6,337 nt of DNA from Candidatus Saccharimonadota bacterium (GCF_012571795.1 NZ_CP046223.1:1-6337); one strand, 5' to 3'; counted from the first letter of the stretch, positions 1-6,238 are shown. Notes: generated from the sequence alone by a model not told the origin. A program made the numbers and translations.

Positions 1-63
1 ATGAAAAAATACGCAAATTTCTTAAAAATCATTTTTTGTTCTAGTACACTTGTTTCTTTTGCA
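1..63 (+). other. Predicted Sec signal peptide of the adhesin (MKKYANFLKIIFCSSTLVSFA | NIF)
   Basis: Basic N-terminus (KK), a hydrophobic core FLKIIFCSSTLV and a small-residue S-F-A cleavage motif. This supports position 1 as the true start codon. Confidence 0.6.
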
Positions 64-2898
64 AATATTTTTATTGTGCATACTATAGTTAACATCAAAA
101 AAATGAATAATGGTTTTATAAATAGTTATATTAAAAAGAAAGGAATACATCGCGATTATGATATAGTATCAAAAATTGTAAATTCTAATTTTTATAAAAA
201 ACAAAAAAGAAAAGTTAATTTGTTAACAAAAGATAGCTTAATGTTAAGAAAAAATAAAGGCAGATTAAGAGCTATTAATACCAAATACATGTTATCAAAT
301 AAAAAATTAAGAACTGAATTTATAAATAAAATATATGTAATAGACAAAATAGTAAAAATTATAAACAACAAACATTATTTTATAAATAAATTAATATCAA
401 TTAATACTATTGATAATAAAAGCACTATTTATATATTAATTACGGAATCAAACACAAAATTAATATCATTATGTAATATGTTATTACATAAAAGTAATAA
501 AACAAGTTTTAATACTATAAACAATAAAAATATACCACAACAAGATCAGAATGACGTTCAAAGAACTCTTAAAACCATTAGAATAAAAAACTATAAAACA
601 ATAGATAATCAAATTAAAAATATTAATAATTTTTTTAATTCCATAAATATAAAAAATTATAAGAGTTCATTAGGTATTATGTTTGCTAACAAAATTCCTA
701 CAATTATTAAATTAAACCTAAAAATTTTTGCCCCTATTATAGATAAAAAGGATTTTTTATTTTTTATACAAAATAATTTTAATTTTCTTAATCAAAGAAA
801 ACAAATAAATATAGGTTTAGGTATAAGAAAATTTTTCTCACAACAAAATTGTTTGCTAGGAGCAAACAATTTTGTTGATTATGACTTAACATTAAAACAA
901 AAAAGAATAGGTTTTGGCATCGAATTTTGGCAACCATTAATAAAATTAAATGCTAATATTTATATCGGTCTAAATGGATGGAAACAGATACAAGCCCCTA
1001 ATAAAAATTATACAGAACAAATTACTACAAAAAATAATATAATTATGGCAAGACCAGTAAATGGATTTGACATAATAGCAACAGGATCTATTCCAAAAAT
1101 CCCTAAAATTATATTTAATTTGAAATATAATAAAAATTTTCATAACTACTTTTTTAACAAAATCCAAAAAAATATAGAAAAAAATAAAATAAAATATCCG
1201 TCAATTTTTTCTTTTGGTATTAATTATCAAATAAACTCAATATTAAATATTATATTAGAAAAAGAAATAAATGGGGGAGAAAATAATACAACATTAGGAA
1301 TAGGTTTAAATTTAAATTTAAATAAATCAATAAATGAACAAACACATAATAACAAAAATCAATACACAAATAATTTTAATAAATTAAATAAATACGATTT
1401 TGTAAATAGAAATGATAATATTATTATAGAATATATAGATAAAAAAATCGAAAAAGTTAGTATAAAAAATACAAATATTATTAATTATCCTAGTACTAAT
1501 AATATTATTGAAATATATAATGCAAAATTAATAAAAAATATCGAATTCAAATATAATAATAATTTTTTAATAAATAAGGGTAAAATTGTTAATAATAATA
1601 ATAATAATATTATAGTTATTTTACCAAAATATATTAGTAAGAATAATTCAGATAATAAATTAAATAATCAGCAAAATAACTATAATATTAAAGTTATAAT
1701 AGAAGATATTTACAAAAACAAACAAAATTTTGAAATAAAAATTCAAGTATTATGCCCTACTAAACAACAAATAGATCAAAATAAATCTATATTAAAAATA
1801 TGTACAGATAATACAAAATATAAAATACCCAAAAATATAAAAGTATGTTTTTATGCAAAAGATAAAAATAATAATGCTATTTCTAATATTCGAGATATTA
1901 AATTTATTGTAAAAAATAAAGATATAGAAACACAATTTACAAATATTACAGAAAAACCATTAGGAGTTTATTGTACTGATATACTTATTAATACTATAGG
2001 TGAAAATATTATTAAAGTAAAAATTAATAATAATACATATGAAAATTTATCAAAAAAAGTAATTTTTACTGGTAATAATGAAATTACTAACTTATATATT
2101 TTTAATGAAAAAACAACATATAAAGCTAAAATATCTGATCATGTTAACTTAAAATTAAAAATTATTACTGAAGATAAAGATGCAATTACAAAACCACAAA
2201 GTATAATTATAAAAACCTTATCTATAAAAAATAGACAACAGATAGATATGAAAAATAACATTAATGTAAAACCAAAACCATTACATATTAAAAATTTAAA
2301 AACTAATATAACTTTAATTAATAATGATTATAAGTTTATGACAGATGAAAATGGAGAACTACATTTACAAATATCTAGTCCTGATGGTTTAGGTGTAAAA
2401 ACAACACTGAGTATTAATATAAACAACAATAATAAAATAATTAAAATTATAAATTTTATATTTACAGTACCAACAAGCCCAGACATAGATAAAGCAAATA
2501 TGTATGGACACATGCAAGATACTATTATGTCTAATAATATTACTTTACATAGACCTCCACTATATGCAGAATATATAGGAGGAAAAAATGATAAGTTGTA
2601 TTATTCGAATGAATATTGGTCTATTTTAGATTATGATAATGCTAAAAAATATTGTAAAAGTATCAATGGCACTTTACCTTCTAAAGAAACTTTAATCAAA
2701 TTTAACAAAAATTTAAATAATTATGATTTATTAAATATTTATGGTTGGCCAATATATAGTAAACGCACATCATTTATATGGTCTTCATCTATAGATAATA
2801 ATAATAATATGAAATATTATTATTATGTTGATTTATTAAACAATAAAATTTTTAAGGGATTATCAAGTAGTACTTATAATGTTTTTTGCGAAATTTAA
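1..2898 (+). CDS. Inverse autotransporter adhesin, intimin/invasin family (signal peptide, beta-barrel translocator, Ig-like passenger repeats, C-terminal lectin-like domain)
   Basis: A 965-aa ORF uninterrupted in roughly 80% AT DNA. Family-specific barrel motifs are present: LLGANNFVDYD...RIGFGIEFW...LKLNANIYIGLNGWK (aa 285-328; intimin has LGYNVFIDQDF...RLGIGGEYWRDY...NGYFRMSGW), ARPVNGFDI (aa 350-358; intimin ERPANGFDI) and the pore-linker KYDFVNRNDNIIIEY (aa 464-478; intimin SRYDLVQRNNNIILEY). The C-terminus LDYDNAKKYCKSINGTLPSKETL...VFCEI parallels intimin VTYNDAVNTCKNFGGKLPSSQNEL...ATCVK. Confidence 0.85.
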   Translation: MKKYANFLKIIFCSSTLVSFANIFIVHTIVNIKKMNNGFINSYIKKKGIHRDYDIVSKIVNSNFYKKQKRKVNLLTKDSLMLRKNKGRLRAINTKYMLSNKKLRTEFINKIYVIDKIVKIINNKHYFINKLISINTIDNKSTIYILITESNTKLISLCNMLLHKSNKTSFNTINNKNIPQQDQNDVQRTLKTIRIKNYKTIDNQIKNINNFFNSINIKNYKSSLGIMFANKIPTIIKLNLKIFAPIIDKKDFLFFIQNNFNFLNQRKQINIGLGIRKFFSQQNCLLGANNFVDYDLTLKQKRIGFGIEFWQPLIKLNANIYIGLNGWKQIQAPNKNYTEQITTKNNIIMARPVNGFDIIATGSIPKIPKIIFNLKYNKNFHNYFFNKIQKNIEKNKIKYPSIFSFGINYQINSILNIILEKEINGGENNTTLGIGLNLNLNKSINEQTHNNKNQYTNNFNKLNKYDFVNRNDNIIIEYIDKKIEKVSIKNTNIINYPSTNNIIEIYNAKLIKNIEFKYNNNFLINKGKIVNNNNNNIIVILPKYISKNNSDNKLNNQQNNYNIKVIIEDIYKNKQNFEIKIQVLCPTKQQIDQNKSILKICTDNTKYKIPKNIKVCFYAKDKNNNAISNIRDIKFIVKNKDIETQFTNITEKPLGVYCTDILINTIGENIIKVKINNNTYENLSKKVIFTGNNEITNLYIFNEKTTYKAKISDHVNLKLKIITEDKDAITKPQSIIIKTLSIKNRQQIDMKNNINVKPKPLHIKNLKTNITLINNDYKFMTDENGELHLQISSPDGLGVKTTLSININNNNKIIKIINFIFTVPTSPDIDKANMYGHMQDTIMSNNITLHRPPLYAEYIGGKNDKLYYSNEYWSILDYDNAKKYCKSINGTLPSKETLIKFNKNLNNYDLLNIYGWPIYSKRTSFIWSSSIDNNNNMKYYYYVDLLNNKIFKGLSSSTYNVFCEI
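643..1446 (+). other. Inverse-autotransporter beta-barrel domain plus pore-traversing linker (approx aa 215-482)
   Basis: Alternating hydrophobic beta-strand pattern plus the conserved intimin/invasin barrel motifs at nt 853-885, 1051-1074 and 1393-1434. Boundaries are approximate. Confidence 0.7.
1765..2475 (+). other. Two probable bacterial Ig-like (Big_1-type) passenger domains (approx aa 589-825)
   Basis: Two segments of about 100 aa each follow the Big_1 pattern: 'V.FYAKDKNNNAISNI.DIKF' ... 'GVY.TDILINTIGENIIKVKINN' and 'LKLKIITEDKDAIT' ... 'TDENGELHLQISSPDGLGVKTTLSINI'. The sequences are highly diverged and the boundaries are uncertain. Confidence 0.45.
2476..2895 (+). other. C-terminal C-type-lectin-like (intimin D3 / invasin D5-like) ligand-binding domain
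   Basis: Cys885 (tgt, 2653-2655) and Cys963 (tgc, 2887-2889) lie 78 residues apart. The second Cys is two residues from the C-terminus, matching my recollection of the intimin disulphide (Cys860/Cys937 of 939 aa). The conserved 'YxxA..xCK...G.LPS...L' motif is present. Confidence 0.7.
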
Positions 2899-2935
2899 AT
2901 AATTTTATTATAAAAAATATATTATTTTTGATCTA

Positions 2936-2957
2936 AAATAATATTTAAATATTATTT
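2936..2957. repeat. Perfect 22-bp palindrome AAATAATATTT|AAATATTATTT in the adhesin-polygalacturonase spacer (possible weak terminator hairpin or operator)
   Basis: The sequence equals its own reverse complement when read directly. It lies 38 bp after the ORF1 stop and 52 bp before the polygalacturonase ATG. No function is established. Confidence 0.4.
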
Positions 2958-3008
2958 AATTATATAATAATATGTAATTATAGTTATACTATATATTTAT
3001 AATAAAAA

Positions 3009-3098
3009 ATGAAAAAATTATTTTTCTATAAAAAAATATTGCAAAAAACAGTTATTTTAGCTATAGCATTATTTTTATTTCATACTAAATTATTTGCT
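3009..3098 (+). other. Predicted Sec signal peptide of the polygalacturonase (…LFHTKLFA | EDKRHVQEP)
   Basis: Basic N-terminus (KK..KK), the hydrophobic stretch TVILAIALFLF, and an A at -1. The predicted mature N-terminus aligns with the mature N-terminus of PehA. Confidence 0.65.
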
Positions 3099-4283
3099 GA
3101 AGATAAACGTCATGTACAAGAACCAATTATACCTAAAACTTGTAAAATTTTAGAAGCAAATGATCAAGATTCAACAAATATCTTACAACAAGCAATTAAT
3201 GTTTGTGCTAAACAACATCAAATTGTTCATTTAATATCTCATAATAATAAAAATATTTTTTACTCAGGTCCTTTAAATATCCCTTCTTATGGTGGTCTTT
3301 TAATTGATAAAACAGTAATATTAAAATCTATAAATGACCCTAATCTTTATAATATTAATAATAATCAAGATTGTGGTACATTAAATAATTCTGGTAAGGG
3401 ATGTAAACCATTTATTACTATTAATGGTGAAAATAATGGTATTTATGGCAATGGTTATATAGATGGACAAGGAGGGCATATTTTAAAAAATAAAAATTTT
3501 ACCTGGTGGCAATTAGCTACAGAAGCTAAATTAAAAAATAAAAAACAAAATGCTCCACATTTAATTGATATTAATAATAGTAAAGACGTTGTTTTATATA
3601 AAATTCATTTAATAAATTCACCAAATTTTCATATTGTTTCTCATAAAACAAATGGTTTAACAATCTGGGGTATTAGTATTAATACCCCAGCAGATGCACG
3701 TAATACTGATGGTATCGACCCCTCATCTTCACAAAATATAACTATTACACACACTAATATTAGTACTGGAGATGATAATATTGCAATAAAAGCAGGTAGT
3801 ACAGGAGAATCAAAAAATATTAGTATTATAAATAATAATTTTGGATATGGTCATGGTATGTCTATAGGCAGTGAAACACAAAGTGGTGTAAATAATATTT
3901 TAATAACAAATTTATCTTTAATAAATACTACAAATGGGTTAAGAATTAAAAGTGATAGTACAAAAGGTGGATTAGTAAATAACATATATTATAAAAATAT
4001 TTGCATGTTTAATGTTAAAAATCCTATTGTTTTAGATGCATTTTATAAAATTGTAAAAATAAATGGGGAACATATTCCTCAATTTAATAATATATATTTT
4101 GAAAATATTAGTGTATTAACACCAGGGCAATTTGTTTTTAATGGTTTTGATGTTAATCATATTATACAAGTTTTTTTTAAAAATATACATATACATCCTG
4201 GATCTATATGGACAAAACATAATGTTCATATTAATGGATCTATAAACTATGATACTAATGCAGATCATTGCCCTAATATGTAA
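3009..4283 (+). CDS. pehA: Secreted endo-polygalacturonase, glycoside hydrolase family 28 (PehA-like pectinase)
   Basis: All GH28 signatures are present and in frame: NTDGID (3702-3719), GDD in TGDDNIAIKAG (3768-3776), GHGMSIGS (3849-3872) and RIK in GLRIKS (3942-3950). The protein is collinear end to end with my recollection of Pectobacterium carotovorum PehA, for example EPIIPKTCKIL vs EPKTPSSCTTL, GKGCKPFIT vs GKGCDAFIT, IDGQGG, KQNAPHLIDINNSK vs KQNTPRLIQINKSK and LINSPNFH in both. Confidence 0.93.
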   Translation: MKKLFFYKKILQKTVILAIALFLFHTKLFAEDKRHVQEPIIPKTCKILEANDQDSTNILQQAINVCAKQHQIVHLISHNNKNIFYSGPLNIPSYGGLLIDKTVILKSINDPNLYNINNNQDCGTLNNSGKGCKPFITINGENNGIYGNGYIDGQGGHILKNKNFTWWQLATEAKLKNKKQNAPHLIDINNSKDVVLYKIHLINSPNFHIVSHKTNGLTIWGISINTPADARNTDGIDPSSSQNITITHTNISTGDDNIAIKAGSTGESKNISIINNNFGYGHGMSIGSETQSGVNNILITNLSLINTTNGLRIKSDSTKGGLVNNIYYKNICMFNVKNPIVLDAFYKIVKINGEHIPQFNNIYFENISVLTPGQFVFNGFDVNHIIQVFFKNIHIHPGSIWTKHNVHINGSINYDTNADHCPNM

Positions 4284-4288
4284 TTTTA

Positions 4289-4936
4289 TTAAGGAGAATT
4301 AATTACAATAAAACGAGTTTTATTATTAATAATATTAGATATATTATGTTTTATTACATATAAATTATAGAACTTAGCTGCTATTTTATTACTAATAGCA
4401 GCTAAGTTACTATTTGTGTTACAGAATGATATATATTGTAATGCATAAGAAGAACTAGAAGAATATTTAATATTCCATGAATATTTCTTAATAAACATAC
4501 TACATTGCTTTAATGGTTGAGGGTGACTAATAATGGTTGTAATATTATTTAAAATTAAATTATTGTTATTACTAATTAAACAATGGTTAATAGGCATATC
4601 AAAATAAAAGAATATTTTTACACTATTTTTTTGTATCAATGTATATACATCTTTTATTATACCAGTATAATTATTTATTAAAGGCACTATAGAATAGTGA
4701 GCAACTTTTAATTTTAGAGTATGAAATATTTCTATAAAGTTATTACAAATAATATTAATAATAATATCTGTATTGTTTTTTAAATGTTTTTTTATATAGT
4801 ATAGAGTTGCTAAATGTGAATAACTACCAATAGGTCCTAAAAAAGAAAAAGTAATAATATTATTACTTTTTCTAAATTCTTTATTATTTAATAAAGAATT
4901 ATACTGTATATATAAAATATTATTTTTAATAGACAT
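4289..4936 (-). CDS. pheA: Prephenate dehydratase catalytic domain only (PheA P-protein derivative lacking the chorismate mutase and ACT domains)
   Basis: FLGPIGSYSH (4814-4843; E. coli FLGPKGSYSH), IVPLINNYTGIIKDVY (E. coli VVPIENTSSGAINDVY), ISHPQPLKQCSMFIKKY (SHPQP at 4514-4528; E. coli YSHPQPFQQCSKFLNRY) and the catalytic TRF motif (4310-4318). The ORF ends 6 codons after TRF. Only about 27 aa precede the PDT domain. Confidence 0.8.
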   Translation of the reverse strand: MSIKNNILYIQYNSLLNNKEFRKSNNIITFSFLGPIGSYSHLATLYYIKKHLKNNTDIIINIICNNFIEIFHTLKLKVAHYSIVPLINNYTGIIKDVYTLIQKNSVKIFFYFDMPINHCLISNNNNLILNNITTIISHPQPLKQCSMFIKKYSWNIKYSSSSSYALQYISFCNTNSNLAAISNKIAAKFYNLYVIKHNISNIINNKTRFIVINSP

Positions 4937-5029
4937 AAAATTTATATTAATAAATATTTATTTTTATAAAAATTTATTATTTAAAATAACATACAAATAT
5001 ACTAAAAACAAAATTAAAATATAAAAATA

Positions 5030-5920
5030 TTATTTTTTAATTATATGCACAAAATCATTCTTATCGATCCAACATTTCCATCCTGTTGCTTTATTGACAT
5101 CTAATAATGATTTTTTTAAATTTTGTCTAAATTTCCATAATAATTTAGTTGTACTACCACATAATTTATTTAATGTACTTACTTTATAACACAAAGGAAT
5201 TTTATGTGAACAATAAAAACAATGTATCCATTGAGATAAATATTTGCCTTTTAATTGTTTTCTTTCTTTTAAAGAAATTGCTGTCCACATTTCATCAGTA
5301 AAAAATGTTACTATCTTCTTATTTAAAACAATAACATGTTTTTTATTATTATTAATATTTCTATACCATTCATGTAATAAATGACCTATATAAAAACTAT
5401 TCTGATAACTAATTTCTATAACACATATAGATAATCTTAATAAACAAGATTTTAACCATTTATAATCTTTAGTCCCAGTACTTCTATCTATAGAACGTAA
5501 AAATGAATAAGTAGAAAATTCTACTTTATCACCTATAGGAACAGTATACCTATGTAAACATTCTAACCAAACATCTAAATCTGATTGATCTAATTGTTCT
5601 CCAGTAAAACGTATATATATACCCTGTAAAGAAAATTTTAAAATATTTTTTTCATATTTACGCTGTCCTTTCTTAATAACACTAAATAGAGAACTACGTA
5701 ACATAATATTAGGAATCACTCTCTTACTGTGTGATAAAAATGGTATAACATTATTATTTTCGTCATAATCTAAATGATAATTAACATTTTTTTTTGATTT
5801 ATAACGTACTAAGACTGATTTATCTTTAGCATTATTGCTAAAGCAATAATGCTTATTGTTATCATTATAGTTCGCTTTTTGAACTAAAGAATTTATTCTA
5901 TCGTATATTGATTTACACAT
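5030..5920 (-). CDS. trfA: Plasmid replication initiator, TrfA family
   Basis: IPNIMLRSSLFSVIKKGQRKY...IRFTGEQLDQSDLDVWLECLH and LSQWIHCFYCSH..P..YKVSTLNKLCGS...LWKFRQNLKKSL match the conserved TrfA blocks as recalled (PN..LRSALF...R.Y...I.YTG..LDQ.DLDVW and LAQWLH.FY.SH..P...KVETL..LCGS....FR..L..AL). The gene lies 140 bp from a tandem iteron array. Confidence 0.85.
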   Translation of the reverse strand: MCKSIYDRINSLVQKANYNDNNKHYCFSNNAKDKSVLVRYKSKKNVNYHLDYDENNNVIPFLSHSKRVIPNIMLRSSLFSVIKKGQRKYEKNILKFSLQGIYIRFTGEQLDQSDLDVWLECLHRYTVPIGDKVEFSTYSFLRSIDRSTGTKDYKWLKSCLLRLSICVIEISYQNSFYIGHLLHEWYRNINNNKKHVIVLNKKIVTFFTDEMWTAISLKERKQLKGKYLSQWIHCFYCSHKIPLCYKVSTLNKLCGSTTKLLWKFRQNLKKSLLDVNKATGWKCWIDKNDFVHIIKK

Positions 5921-6018
5921 TTTAATTATTTTTCTGTAAAGAAAAAATTAAAAAACATAAAAACAAATAAAAAAAGTACATGCAAACCTTAACCAAAAAC
6001 ACTATCTAATAACAAAAC

Positions 6019-6047
6019 ATTTTATTAAAAAAAAAAACAAATGTCAA
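6019..6047 (-). promoter_or_regulatory. Near-consensus sigma70 promoter for trfA: TTGACA-N17-TAAAAT (minus strand)
   Basis: On the minus strand the -35 TTGACA is at 6047-6042, the spacer is exactly 17 nt (6041-6025, containing T11) and the -10 TAAAAT is at 6024-6019. The promoter points toward the trfA ATG at 5920 and begins 14 bp from the first iteron. Confidence 0.6.
6027..6037. repeat. A11/T11 homopolymer forming most of the trfA promoter spacer
   Basis: Counted directly: 11 consecutive A on the + strand (6027-6037). Confidence 0.9.
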
Positions 6048-6060
6048 TAGATTTAATCAT

Positions 6061-6170
6061 CAGGATAGCAAGTAGCAATAATCAGGATAGCAAGTAGCAA
6101 TAATCAGGATAGCAAGTAGCAATAATCAGGATAGCAAGTAGCAATAATCAGGATAGCAAGTAGCAATAAT
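6061..6170. repeat. Replication-origin iterons: five perfect tandem 22-bp direct repeats (CAGGATAGCAAGTAGCAATAAT)
   Basis: Units start at 6061, 6083, 6105, 6127 and 6149. All are identical and contiguous with no spacers. Each unit contains two TAGCAA half-sites 7 bp apart. The array is adjacent to a TrfA-family rep gene. Confidence 0.9.
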
Positions 6171-6230
6171 CATTTATAATCATTTATAATCATTTATAAT
6201 CATTTATAATCATTTATAATAATTTATAAT
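6171..6230. repeat. Five perfect plus one degenerate tandem 10-bp repeats (CATTTATAAT); probable DNA-unwinding element of the origin
   Basis: Perfect copies sit at 6171, 6181, 6191, 6201 and 6211, with a variant AATTTATAAT at 6221. The repeats are 90% A+T, have a period close to one helical turn and directly abut the iterons. Confidence 0.75.
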
Positions 6231-6238
6231 AAAATCAA

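Noticed and set aside
104-106. Alternative start for the adhesin at Met35
   Set aside because: Starting at position 1 yields a canonical signal peptide, which an outer-membrane inverse autotransporter needs. Starting at Met35 would remove it.
970-1167. 65-aa ORF on the minus strand inside the adhesin gene
   Set aside because: It lies entirely antisense to the best-conserved part of the beta-barrel coding region. It has no recognisable motif, signal or promoter, and its composition (F/I/Y/C-rich) is what the reverse complement of N/K/I-rich codons produces.
1591-1608. (AAT)6 microsatellite encoding an Asn6 run in the adhesin, with a shorter (AAT)4 at 2797-2808
   Set aside because: It is in frame and readily explained by extreme AT bias and Asn enrichment. 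There is no evidence of functional phase variation, since length changes would keep the frame.
2328-2513. 61-aa ORF on the minus strand inside the adhesin gene
   Set aside because: It is antisense to the passenger and lectin-domain coding sequence. Its hydrophobic I/L run is the mirror of AAT/AAA-rich sense codons. There is no independent support.
4291-4296. Perfect Shine-Dalgarno-like AAGGAG just after the polygalacturonase stop
   Set aside because: No start codon follows within a functional distance on the + strand. The hexamer is simply the antisense of the last codons (…N-S-P) of pheA'.
6061-6170. Tandem 22-bp repeats considered as a CRISPR array
   Set aside because: The repeats are contiguous with no spacers, are shorter than typical CRISPR repeats, have no cas genes nearby and sit next to a rep gene. 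Iterons explain them fully.
6171-6230. Six TATAAT hexamers considered as a stack of -10 promoter elements
   Set aside because: No suitably spaced -35 partner exists for any copy. The strict 10-bp tandem organisation abutting the iterons fits an unwinding or bending element better. Incidental RNA polymerase binding cannot be excluded.
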